A stretch of DNA of 64,000 nt from Candidatus Omnitrophota bacterium (GTDB lineage Bacteria; Omnitrophota; Gorgyraeia; JAZDFF01). Below, piece by piece: positions 50,230 to 59,849 of the stretch; the stretch's first letter is position 1, and every line of letters starts with the position of its first letter. The stretch lies in NCBI GenBank assembly GCA_043808095.1, contig JAZDFF010000042.1:137364-201363 (forward strand). The letters run 5' to 3'. A model generated the notes under the pieces. The model saw nothing but the letters and a program-made list of their open reading frames with translations. It ran no database searches and was not told the DNA's origin. The position numbers and the translations under genes were made by a program.

Positions 50230-51650
50230 GGGTTTTTGGCCTCTAATAGCTTATTGAAAATTATTCTTAAAGTAGCCAGGGCTCCTTCATCTTTGTAATT
50301 AAGCATTATCCAGCCCCATCGTCTTTTAAGCTGCATGTAGATTCTCCCTAGACGTATTCCAATATCAAAATTTTCTTGAATCTCTTCCTCTGCTTCTTTT
50401 TTTAATCTTGTTAACTCTTCGTTAGAAAAATCTGTAAGGTTTACTAAAAATGTATCGCGCATCTCTCCGAGGCTTTCCACATATTTATCTTCATCTGGCG
50501 GTAATCTCTTCATCGTTTTTGCTAATTCATACAATGGCGTAGCGGGATAAGGAGTGGTAAAAAGAAGTCTATGCTCTGGTATTTTAGTTCTTTTAATAAA
50601 GTCGACCGTCTGATGAATCGTATCTCTCGTCTCACCTACCATGCCAAACATAAATGAGCTCATCACATAGATCCCGGATACTCGTGTAAGCTTAATCGCC
50701 ATTTCTGCTTGATTTATTGTCACCCGCTTATCCATGTTATTCAGGATGCCTTGACTGCCGGATTCAAATCCATATCCTAGGCATATACAGCCTGACTTTT
50801 TCATCGCCTTAAGCAACTCCTTATCAACCAAATTGACGCGTCCGGTAGCACCCCATTTAATATTCAATTTCGCTGACCTTAATTTATTGCAAAGTTCAAG
50901 GACCCACTTTTTTGAGACAATAAAGTGATCTCCGGAAAAAGCTACATATTCTACCCTATAACTTCGTTTTAATTCTTTGAGCTCTTCTATAATATTGTCG
51001 GCACTGCGCGCATATACCCTTTGTCCGAAAGGACGCGAACAATAAACGCATTGATAAGGACAGCCCCTGACAGCGCAAAGATTTATACTCCTGAGCCCGA
51101 ATTCAATATGGATAGGATTTTTTAAATATACCTCCATAGGAAAAAGGTCCCAGGCAGGAAAAGGTATTTTATCCAAGTCTTTAATCCTGTCTCGGGGGGC
51201 AGTTTGGAATATGGCGCCGTTTCTCTTATACCATAGGCCATTTATACTGTTTAGGTCCCCCTCATCCTTAGCAGAAAATAATTCCCTGACGGTATCTTCC
51301 CCTTCGTCAATTACGGCAATATCGACATCGCTATTCTCGAGTAATAAACGAGGAGTCGCTGTAGCGACCATGTTCCCGACAATTATCCTTACTTTCGGCC
51401 GTAATCTTCTGATTAATTTAGTCAGCCATTTTATATATTTATAGGTAGTAGTCAGACCTCCAATGCCAACGCAATCAAATTCTGCTTCCTTAATTTTTTC
51501 TTCAACTTCTCTATCATTATATTGATAGGCATTTATGTCTAAGATTTCTACCTTATGGCCATCGTTTCTTAATACGCTAGCAATGTATCCCAGGCCTAAA
51601 GGAATCATGTTGGGACTGCGACAAGGCGGATTCATCAATAAGACTTTCAT
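50226..51650 (-). CDS. B12-binding domain radical SAM enzyme (#6)
   Basis: MKVLLMNPP, PLGLGYIAS, EGE, PFPAWDL, RGCPYQCVYC, GFESGS, TPYPAT. Confidence 0.92.
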   Translation of the reverse strand: MKVLLMNPPCRSPNMIPLGLGYIASVLRNDGHKVEILDINAYQYNDREVEEKIKEAEFDCVGIGGLTTTYKYIKWLTKLIRRLRPKVRIIVGNMVATATPRLLLENSDVDIAVIDEGEDTVRELFSAKDEGDLNSINGLWYKRNGAIFQTAPRDRIKDLDKIPFPAWDLFPMEVYLKNPIHIEFGLRSINLCAVRGCPYQCVYCSRPFGQRVYARSADNIIEELKELKRSYRVEYVAFSGDHFIVSKKWVLELCNKLRSAKLNIKWGATGRVNLVDKELLKAMKKSGCICLGYGFESGSQGILNNMDKRVTINQAEMAIKLTRVSGIYVMSSFMFGMVGETRDTIHQTVDFIKRTKIPEHRLLFTTPYPATPLYELAKTMKRLPPDEDKYVESLGEMRDTFLVNLTDFSNEELTRLKKEAEEEIQENFDIGIRLGRIYMQLKRRWGWIMLNYKDEGALATLRIIFNKLLEAKNP

Positions 51651-51664
51651 TAAAAATCCTCGGG

Positions 51665-53206
51665 TTAAGGCCTAAACCCAGGCCCTTTCTTTAAATCCGA
51701 ATTGCTTAACTCCATAGTTACCACTTCATTATCTTTTTCTGTCTGCCTGAACCATGCGCGCGAAAACATCTTCAGGGAAGCTGTATTGTCTTTCTTAACC
51801 TTAGCAATGACGGTCTTAATATTAAGGTAGTCAAAAGCGTGTTTGCTGCTCAATTTTGTCGCCGACAGGCCTAACCCTTGGCCTCTTTTTTTGGGAGCAA
51901 TATTGATATTTATGACTGCAGTTTTATCATTGTCAGGCATGATATCAAATCTTACCATGCCGACGGACCGACCATCTTCCTGGATTATAAAAATCTTTCG
52001 TTTTTTGTCTGCCAGGACCTTTTTAAACCAGACTAAATGCGACTTTAAGGGAATACGGCTTGTGTTAAACGAAAACTTTCTGGTAATCTTATCGTTGCGC
52101 CATTTCCAAATATCTTGGGCATCGTGCCATGACGCCGGCCTGATATTAACTTTCCGTAATAATGGCCAGGTTAAAATATCGTCTTTCTCAATGTTAGTTT
52201 TTGTGACTCGCCCGATAACTTCATTCGCCATTTTGGGATGGATCCCGTATCCAGGCCTTTTAACTGCAATCATACTGTTAGTAATTATCTCGCCCCTTCT
52301 AATATCGCAGGCCGCCACAAGGCTTCTGCGAGCCAATCTATATAGCTCCTCTTCCGCCTTAGTGTGGCTTTTAACCCGAGAGCCCAGAGACGCCTCGGTA
52401 TCCCTAATCGCCACTACCATGGCTTTTAGTTCTTCCGGTTCTAAGGCAAAAGGATGGTCTAATCCGGGCAGTTTTCTGTTTAAAGTGAAATGCTTCTCGA
52501 TTACACATGCGCCTAAACTAACAGCAGCAATATCGGCAGTAATGCCCAAGGTGTGATCAGAAAAACCTACTGGCAAATTGAATTTCCGACGCATTGTCTG
52601 GATAGCCCTTAAGTTTAAATCTGCGTATTCGGGAGGATAGTTTATGGCACAATGCAAAAGAATAACATCATGGTTTGCCTGCTTATATATTGTTTTTAAG
52701 GCCGTTTCTATGTCTTTTAAATCTGCCATACCCGTAGATAAGATAATCGGCTTCTTCTTCCCTGCTGTGTGTTCTAAAAGCGGCAAATGCGTAATTTCAA
52801 ATGAGGCAATCTTGTATGCCTGGACCCCTACATCCTCTAAGAGATCAACTGCCTCAATGTCAAACGGCGTAGATAGAAAAATAATGCCTTTTTTCCTGCA
52901 ATATTCGAAAAGCAGGCCGTGCCAATCTCTGGGCAATTCTACTTTTTTAAATAGATCGTATACTGTTTCGCCCTTTTTGATTAGCCTCTTTTTTCTAAGA
53001 TAGGACATGACGGGCGTTTTAGCCGAATAAAGATTCTCGGCGGAGAACGTCTGAAACTTTACTGCATCTGCCCCTGCATATTTGGCAACATCAATGAGCT
53101 CTTTTGCCTGCTTAAGCTTTCCGTTATGATTAGAGCCGACCTCGGCAATAACAAAGACCGGACGGCCTTGGCCTATTAATTTATTACCAATCTTAATCTG
53201 TCTCAT
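51665..53206 (-). CDS. Nonulosonic acid synthase (NeuB/PseI/SpsE family, with SAF domain) fused to a C-terminal PseH-like GNAT
   Basis: IAEVGSNHNG, AVKFQ, STPFD, KIAS, LSTGM, GFSDHT, IEKHFTL, RRSLVA, KRPGYG; C-terminal IRPA...D..DIWKWRND...H..WF...GMVRF...RGQGLG...N.AS. Confidence 0.9.
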   Translation of the reverse strand: MRQIKIGNKLIGQGRPVFVIAEVGSNHNGKLKQAKELIDVAKYAGADAVKFQTFSAENLYSAKTPVMSYLRKKRLIKKGETVYDLFKKVELPRDWHGLLFEYCRKKGIIFLSTPFDIEAVDLLEDVGVQAYKIASFEITHLPLLEHTAGKKKPIILSTGMADLKDIETALKTIYKQANHDVILLHCAINYPPEYADLNLRAIQTMRRKFNLPVGFSDHTLGITADIAAVSLGACVIEKHFTLNRKLPGLDHPFALEPEELKAMVVAIRDTEASLGSRVKSHTKAEEELYRLARRSLVAACDIRRGEIITNSMIAVKRPGYGIHPKMANEVIGRVTKTNIEKDDILTWPLLRKVNIRPASWHDAQDIWKWRNDKITRKFSFNTSRIPLKSHLVWFKKVLADKKRKIFIIQEDGRSVGMVRFDIMPDNDKTAVININIAPKKRGQGLGLSATKLSSKHAFDYLNIKTVIAKVKKDNTASLKMFSRAWFRQTEKDNEVVTMELSNSDLKKGPGFRP

Positions 53207-53207
53207 C

Positions 53208-53948
53208 TTAGTTATCCCTTAAGCCTTTTTGTTTGACATCTTTGTTTATCCGGTGAATCCAAAGCTCTTTTTCCAGAAGATTTGAGATATTTTCAATTGA
53301 GAAATTGTTTATTTTCTTATATAACCTTTTATAGACCTGCCTGGTAAATTGTAAATCCTGCCTGGTATCTACTGTCAGGCGCAGCCCGGAGAGGTCTCTA
53401 GAATATTTAACATTGCCTAATCGAAAGAGGTCCGGATGTTCATAGATATAGGCAGTAACATGTTCTCTCTGATAGGCCTTATCTGCCGCCTTCCAGCATC
53501 TTTGAAGTGCCTGCATAGTAAAAACCTCAACCCCTAATCCGACCGGGTAAGACGGAATCAAAAAATTACTCACGTAATCCAGGGTTTTTTTATGTTTAAA
53601 GTAGTAGCGAATAACTCTATCAACAATTCTTGCGCTTAAAAAAGGACAATCTGAGCAAATCCTGACGACAACATCTAGTTTATTTTTCTTTGCTGCCTGA
53701 TAATATCTATCAAGGACGTCATTCTCGCTGCCGATAAAGGTCTTTACCTTACAACCTGCTGCCAGTTTCAAAATAGGCAAATCCGCTTTTTTAGCAGTAG
53801 TTGCGATAATTATCTCAAATGAAAACTGCGACTTTTTTAAACGCTCTATCAAATACCACAACATTGGTTTACCTAAAATATGCTTCAAAACTTTCCCTGG
53901 TAAACGAGTAGAACCCATCCTTGCTTGCACAATAACGCCAATTTTCAT
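53208..53948 (-). CDS. SpsF/PseF-like acylneuraminate cytidylyltransferase
   Basis: MKIGVIVQARMGSTRLPGKVL, GSENDVLDRY, R.CSDCP, REHVT, RLTVDT; start placed at ATG 53948 rather than TTG 54014. Confidence 0.88.
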   Translation of the reverse strand: MKIGVIVQARMGSTRLPGKVLKHILGKPMLWYLIERLKKSQFSFEIIIATTAKKADLPILKLAAGCKVKTFIGSENDVLDRYYQAAKKNKLDVVVRICSDCPFLSARIVDRVIRYYFKHKKTLDYVSNFLIPSYPVGLGVEVFTMQALQRCWKAADKAYQREHVTAYIYEHPDLFRLGNVKYSRDLSGLRLTVDTRQDLQFTRQVYKRLYKKINNFSIENISNLLEKELWIHRINKDVKQKGLRDN

Positions 53949-54079
53949 ATTTAACAGGTGTACTATTTTATATAATCCACGAATAAACTCCGATAATTTA
54001 TAAACTTTATCCAAATATACTTTAAAGCGCGCGACTGTAAAAACTTTGCCTTAAAACTGCATTAACAAGCAGATTCGGC

Positions 54080-55627
54080 TCAGCCGCAAGAAAACCTATT
54101 TTTCCTCTGCAAAATAATCCTCCGGAAATAATATCCTTTTAAGATCCTATTTAAACTATCTACCGCCTGCTGTGGATTTTTTATCCTATCGAAAAATTTC
54201 TGTACCATCGCAAGAGGATAAATTATCTTTGGCCGATTAAAAATTAACTTTGATCTGCTAAATTTCCTAATCAGAAATTTAGGAATACCAGGATAACGGG
54301 TCATAAAAAATAGGATGTCCCAGAATAAATCTTGTGGCTTCCTGGTAATATCTAACTCGGCTGTCCAGCGAAACATCGATTTTTGCTCTTCGCATTCCAC
54401 AAATTCATTCTTAATCAGGCCTTCTTTTATAGCACGCTGTGTCAATTCTACTCCGGGGAAGAAAGTCAGTGAATGCTGGTGTAAATCAAATGGTCTGGGA
54501 AACTTTAGAAGAAGATCTAAAGATTTGTATTTATCTTCTATTACCTCAAATGGATTATCCAGTAGTAAATCGTAACAAGGTTTCACTGTCTTGCCTTTAA
54601 AATATTGCGAAACAGCCTCAATATCTGCATTACTATAAGACTTTATATTAAATACTTCCTCCCTAACACGCTCCGAGCCGCTCTGTATGCCCATGGTCAT
54701 CGACTTTAGGCCCGCGCGTGATAACATTCCAATAACTTCATCTTTAACTAGGCTTGGTTGCGAATAACATGAGAAAGGAATATTTATTCCTTTTCTATAT
54801 AGTTTTATAAATTCACTAAGCCAGGCTCCATCAAAAGTAAAGACATCATCTACTATATGAATTACCTTTAAATCCGGAAAATTAGTTTTAGCCATTTTTA
54901 ACTCTTCTATGACCCGACCTACAGAACGACGGCGGACATACGGCCCTTTGCCGCTATAAAGTTTTTTCAAAGCATCATTACAACAAAAATAACAAGAAAA
55001 AGGACATCCAAAACTCGACATTATGTAGTAACTTTTGTCTATCAAATCATTTGGGATATTCCTGTATACACAATCTTTTTCAATATAAAAGGTATTCTGG
55101 TCACGCCAATCCGGGTTAGGATAATTATCCAGATTTGATTCGAGATTCCGAACAGGATTTCTGATTATCTCTCCATTATCTTTTTTTATCCATATGTTCT
55201 CGATTTTCTCTAAATTCGCCTTATCCGCCCTAGCCAGATTTTCAATCAATTCCAACATAGGATAAATCCCCTCGCCTATACAAATAGCATCAGCACAATT
55301 TAGCGAATGCTCCGGAGCCACCGTAGGATGAATACCACCCCATACTATAAATATATTTTCATTAATACTTTTAACTATTTTGGTCAATTCCTTTGCATGC
55401 TTAAAAAAAGTAGAGTTGACGCTGATGCCAATAAGATCAGGCCTAAGCTCTTCTATAAGATTGCGGAATAAAAGGTATTCTTTATCAGTGGGATTAGGCA
55501 TGCTATTTGGAGTAATTTCCTTAAAAAATATAGGAAATACCTGATTAGGAGTTTTCTTAATAGCTGCAGTCAACATCCTAATCGAAATGGATTTAAATAA
55601 GTATAGCGATACTAAAACAATCTTCAT
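54080..55627 (-). CDS. B12-binding domain radical SAM enzyme (#7)
   Basis: VWGGIHPT, IGEG, FGCPFSCYFC, DDVF, GIQSGS, FFPG. Confidence 0.9.
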   Translation of the reverse strand: MKIVLVSLYLFKSISIRMLTAAIKKTPNQVFPIFFKEITPNSMPNPTDKEYLLFRNLIEELRPDLIGISVNSTFFKHAKELTKIVKSINENIFIVWGGIHPTVAPEHSLNCADAICIGEGIYPMLELIENLARADKANLEKIENIWIKKDNGEIIRNPVRNLESNLDNYPNPDWRDQNTFYIEKDCVYRNIPNDLIDKSYYIMSSFGCPFSCYFCCNDALKKLYSGKGPYVRRRSVGRVIEELKMAKTNFPDLKVIHIVDDVFTFDGAWLSEFIKLYRKGINIPFSCYSQPSLVKDEVIGMLSRAGLKSMTMGIQSGSERVREEVFNIKSYSNADIEAVSQYFKGKTVKPCYDLLLDNPFEVIEDKYKSLDLLLKFPRPFDLHQHSLTFFPGVELTQRAIKEGLIKNEFVECEEQKSMFRWTAELDITRKPQDLFWDILFFMTRYPGIPKFLIRKFSRSKLIFNRPKIIYPLAMVQKFFDRIKNPQQAVDSLNRILKGYYFRRIILQRKNRFSCG

Positions 55628-55666
55628 ATTTTTTAATCCCTACTATTTCAAAAAATCTATCTCCGT

Positions 55667-56842
55667 CTATTCCAAGGTGGATTCGATGTCAAAAAGACTC
55701 AAATAAAACGATGAAAAAAATAATTGGATTCCTAAAATTATAAAAGTAATTCCTCCGATAGCCAATCTCGTAAGCCTTACATTAATAGGCCCATACGCAG
55801 GTAATCTTGACAAAAAATATAAAGTACTTAGTGAAATCAAAAGCCCTATAGCGAATATTACGCTACCCAGCAATATCCCTTTTTCGAGGGTAAAGTATTT
55901 TATGATAAATTTCACCAGTGAATCTTCTTTTGTAAACCTGCTATAGAAGGCCGCTAATTTTGCCGAGGCGCCGAATAATATAATCTGCATCCCCACAAAC
56001 ATTAGTGCCGAGGCCCCGATCATGCCGGAGATCCCAAGCGGAATATGAAAAATTACGATTATTTTAAACATAGATATGAAGAATATAGAAAAGCCCAATA
56101 TAAAAAGCACAAGACCCGGCAACAAAAACAAATAATCAGGACAAAACAGGAGCATAAATCTTAAGTGCCTCCAGCCGTCTCTAAATGGATGAAGATGCGG
56201 CCGGCGGCCTTTAATAGAAGGCCGATAGTCAATAGGTACCTCTTCTATCTTAAGGCCGGCCTGTGCCGACTTTATCAACATCTCCGAGGCAAACTCCATG
56301 CCCCTTGTCTTTAATTCCAGTCTTTCGATAGCAGCTTTGCCAAAACCCCTGAGACCGCAATGGGCATCAGAAACCCTGGCCCTAAAGAACAAATTTAAGA
56401 TGGCCGTAAGAACGGGGTTACCGATATAGCGATGAGACCAATGCATGGCGCCAGGAAACATTTTGCCTTTAAATCTACTGCCCATTACCAAATCAGTGCC
56501 CTGACGAAACCTGGTTACAAAGGGCTCAATCTCTGAAAAATCATAGGTATCATCGGCATCACCCATAATAATATATTTACCCTTGGCCTCTTTAATCCCC
56601 TCTTTTATGGCGCTTCCGTAACCTTTCTCCTGTTTATAAATTACCCTGGCCCCTTCTGACTCGGCAATCCTTATAGAATTATCTACAGAGCCGTTATCAA
56701 CAACGATAACTTCTCCGGTAATCTTTAATTTCAAAAATGACCCTATCGCCTTCTTTACGCAGGTGCCTACAGTATCCTCTTCGTTAAGACAGGGTATTAC
56801 GACGGTCAGTTCCACATTCGATATCTGAGGGCGCTCTTTCAT
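55667..56842 (-). CDS. GT2 polyprenol-phosphate glycosyltransferase with C-terminal TM domain
   Basis: VVIPCLNEE, VDNGSVD, GYGSA, MGDADDTYD, GSRF, DAHCGLR, MEFASEM, RDGWRHL, then 4 TMs; ATG 56842 overlaps the upstream TGA. Confidence 0.9.
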   Translation of the reverse strand: MKERPQISNVELTVVIPCLNEEDTVGTCVKKAIGSFLKLKITGEVIVVDNGSVDNSIRIAESEGARVIYKQEKGYGSAIKEGIKEAKGKYIIMGDADDTYDFSEIEPFVTRFRQGTDLVMGSRFKGKMFPGAMHWSHRYIGNPVLTAILNLFFRARVSDAHCGLRGFGKAAIERLELKTRGMEFASEMLIKSAQAGLKIEEVPIDYRPSIKGRRPHLHPFRDGWRHLRFMLLFCPDYLFLLPGLVLFILGFSIFFISMFKIIVIFHIPLGISGMIGASALMFVGMQIILFGASAKLAAFYSRFTKEDSLVKFIIKYFTLEKGILLGSVIFAIGLLISLSTLYFLSRLPAYGPINVRLTRLAIGGITFIILGIQLFFSSFYLSLFDIESTLE

Positions 56843-58257
56843 TTTTTCACTCTCATCCATTTTAGGAAATTTAGACTCCTGAGTAACTGTACCGGAGAAC
56901 TAATCACAAAGAATTGTTTCATAATAAAAGACGGGCGCAAATAGAATTTTCTAAAAGCCTTATCGCGCAGATAATTCACTTCTTCAGGCCTGATGCTATC
57001 CGTATTTAGTATGGAACTGCCTCCGAAATTATAATCCGACCATTTATAGGTAGTAATCCAGCCGTTCTTCTTGGCTATCTGCCATAATTCCGTTTTAGGA
57101 TAAGGAACGGCGCAATAAGACTGCAGATAATCCAGTCCGAGCCTAAGGGCATACTTAATCGTCTGCTCCCCGCTTTTCTTAGTTTCGCCCGGAAGGCCAA
57201 AAATTAAATGCCCCATTGTCTTTATCCCGACTTTTCTGCATAAACCTACCGCCCTTTCAATATCCTTCAGCGTCTCCTGTTTTTTGGCTGTATCCAGAAT
57301 CTTTTGACTTGCACTTTCAATACCCAGGCCCAACAAGTTGCAACGCGCCTCCTTCATTTTATAGAGCACATTTTCATCGACGGCATCAGCCCTGGTTGTT
57401 GCCGCCCAACTAATATTTAAATTGCTTTTAATGATTGCTTCGCATAAATCCAGGCAGTATTTTTTATCCAAAGTAAAGGCCTCCTCCCAGAAGAGGAAAT
57501 CTTTGATATTATATTTTTTTACGCATTCGGCTATCTCATCCATGACATATTTCAGGGAGTGACGGCGTATCTCGCGGCCGTAGTAAAAAGGGGCAATGCA
57601 GAATATGCACGGATACGGGCACCCCCGGGAGGTATTGATCAGGGCAAAGGCCCGTCCGTTGTGCGGAAGAATATATTTTTCATTCTTAAATAAATCCCTC
57701 CCCGGATAGGGCAGTCTATCCAGGTCCTTTATAAACGGCCTGGTTTGATTCTGGATTAACTGTCCGTTTCTTCTAAAAATTAATCCCTTAATATCCTCAA
57801 GGTTATTGCCTTTATCAAGCAGACAGTCCAGTAATTCATCAAAGGTCTCTTCCGGTTCCCCGAAAATAGCAAAATCTAAATGCGGATAATCTCTTAGAGA
57901 ATCTTTCTCTAAGAGGGCAAAGTAAACTCCGAATCCAATCGTCTTGATGTCTTTATTTTTTTCTTTAATCCTCCTGGCAATATCCATATCTGAATCGATA
58001 GTAGGAAATGCGGTATTTATTACTACGGCATCCGGCCGGAAGTTTTCTATATCTTCAAGCAGGCTTTTTTCGTTCAGGTCTTCGACATTACAGTCTACAA
58101 GACACACGTCGGATTTCCTTGCGGCAATGGCAGCCAGAATTCCAAGAGTAATCGGAGGCCAGATGGCCGCCCAGGAAGATACGCTCTGCATGCACCTTCC
58201 TTCCCTTATATATTTGGTACCGCCAACTGCTGGGGCATTTAAAAAATAAATACGCAC
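56839..58257 (-). CDS. B12-binding domain radical SAM enzyme (#8)
   Basis: REGRCMQ...WPP, GEPE, LPYPGRDL, SRGCPYPCIFC, GIESAS, FGLPGET, VPYPKT; GTG start. Confidence 0.9.
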   Translation of the reverse strand: MRIYFLNAPAVGGTKYIREGRCMQSVSSWAAIWPPITLGILAAIAARKSDVCLVDCNVEDLNEKSLLEDIENFRPDAVVINTAFPTIDSDMDIARRIKEKNKDIKTIGFGVYFALLEKDSLRDYPHLDFAIFGEPEETFDELLDCLLDKGNNLEDIKGLIFRRNGQLIQNQTRPFIKDLDRLPYPGRDLFKNEKYILPHNGRAFALINTSRGCPYPCIFCIAPFYYGREIRRHSLKYVMDEIAECVKKYNIKDFLFWEEAFTLDKKYCLDLCEAIIKSNLNISWAATTRADAVDENVLYKMKEARCNLLGLGIESASQKILDTAKKQETLKDIERAVGLCRKVGIKTMGHLIFGLPGETKKSGEQTIKYALRLGLDYLQSYCAVPYPKTELWQIAKKNGWITTYKWSDYNFGGSSILNTDSIRPEEVNYLRDKAFRKFYLRPSFIMKQFFVISSPVQLLRSLNFLKWMRVKK

Positions 58258-58265
58258 AAATTACC

Positions 58266-59849
58266 TCATTTAGCTTTATAGATATAAACTACCGGGCCTG
58301 ATACCCCTTCGGGATACTTATATACCTTCTCCAAAAGAATGTAATTCTTGTTAATTATGGACTCAATTTCATTCTTATAGTCAGAAGAAACAAGAGTCGA
58401 TAAATTATCTAACCTTCCCGGCCTTTCCAGGACTATAAATTTAGCCTTTTTATCTTTAAAATAGCTTAAAATTATGTTAGGGCTGAGCAACTTATATTCC
58501 TGCGCTACTTTATCAGGTACATAAGGAAAATTTGAAGTCGAAGATAGTTCATAAACAGTGTCTTCAAATATCTGGCGATGGGCATGTAAGACATAACCAT
58601 TGATAAATGCAAAGATTTTTTCCCCGGGCTGCGTATGGCGCTGGATAGCAGAGGTAACTTTATTAAGAAAACTTACTCCTGCATACTGGGGAGAGTTAAT
58701 AACCCCTTCGATGTCTTGCGTAAATAAATTTAAGAATAAAATTGCTGAAAGAAAAATCGTAAAAAATAATTTCTCATTATGGAAATTAAAGTGCTCTAAA
58801 ATTTTCTTTATACAGCATCCTATCAAAATTGCCAAAACCGGAAAACCATGATACGGAAATTTCTGTAACGCATTGCCAAAAATAGCTAAATAGAAGATTG
58901 CATTCATCATTACTAATGTAAGAAATATAAAATATATCTTATGCGTGATTAAAATAGAAAAAAGAGTTTTTTTGCCCTTCAACAATAGCCGATAGTGGTA
59001 AAAAGCATATATGCCCGATAGCAACGATAATAATATTAGCACATAGTAATTTCTAAATAAGATTAAGAGCATTTTGATACGGTCATAAATACAAATTGCC
59101 AAGGTATAAGTAGTATTTATACTTTTACCAACGCCAAATACAAAATTATACGAAAAATAGTGAATAAAAACATCGAATAAGAAAGCCTTCGGTGCAATGA
59201 GGAGAAACGGTAGATAAATGATTAAAGATGTGCCAATATAAGAAAGAATAATTGAGCTAATGGCCTTCTTGTTTTCTCGATTAAGATATACACTAAAAGT
59301 AACAAATAAAAGTGTATATATAGTCATGTAATCAAGTGCATAACGAACACCTTGAACCAATACTAATAACGCAGTGCATAAACTATATTTTATTATTGGC
59401 TTTGTCTTGGAAACGAGTAATAAACAGAACAGTGATAAAATAAAATTCTCTAAAGTCCCCCAGTAGAAGATTGAATTATAGATAATGTCGAGATTAAAAA
59501 TAACTATGAGCATTGCAAAGATTCCTGCATATTCGCCCTTTAAAAGTCGAGCCGTCTTATAAATAAAAATTATCGTTAAAAGCCCTAATAAAAATGATAT
59601 CAGCCTGGCGACGATAAGATTAGACCCGAAAATAAACATGCCTATCCCATAAAAATAAGGCACAAGCGGCATATGAAAATAAGCAAAGTCACGGTAAGGC
59701 AATTTACCTTGAGCAACAAGACTGCTTGCTGCGAAATGCCAATTTTCATCTGTTACCCTAAGACCAGAGAGATAAACAACAGACAGCCCAATAATAAAAT
59801 AGCTGATAATGCATATATAAAAAACAATCTTATAATAGTTATGTTTCAT
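58266..59849 (-). CDS. GT-C fold glycosyltransferase (ArnT/PMT_2-like)
   Basis: TDENWH (DE acidic motif), G.LPYRDFAYFHMPL, ARL; multi-TM plus C-terminal soluble domain. Confidence 0.8.
   Translation of the reverse strand: MKHNYYKIVFYICIISYFIIGLSVVYLSGLRVTDENWHFAASSLVAQGKLPYRDFAYFHMPLVPYFYGIGMFIFGSNLIVARLISFLLGLLTIIFIYKTARLLKGEYAGIFAMLIVIFNLDIIYNSIFYWGTLENFILSLFCLLLVSKTKPIIKYSLCTALLVLVQGVRYALDYMTIYTLLFVTFSVYLNRENKKAISSIILSYIGTSLIIYLPFLLIAPKAFLFDVFIHYFSYNFVFGVGKSINTTYTLAICIYDRIKMLLILFRNYYVLILLSLLSGIYAFYHYRLLLKGKKTLFSILITHKIYFIFLTLVMMNAIFYLAIFGNALQKFPYHGFPVLAILIGCCIKKILEHFNFHNEKLFFTIFLSAILFLNLFTQDIEGVINSPQYAGVSFLNKVTSAIQRHTQPGEKIFAFINGYVLHAHRQIFEDTVYELSSTSNFPYVPDKVAQEYKLLSPNIILSYFKDKKAKFIVLERPGRLDNLSTLVSSDYKNEIESIINKNYILLEKVYKYPEGVSGPVVYIYKAK

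Noticed and set aside
53949-54014. TTG-initiated extension of the cytidylyltransferase
   Set aside because: The family starts at MKI...IQARMGS; the extension has no SD or homology signal I can see
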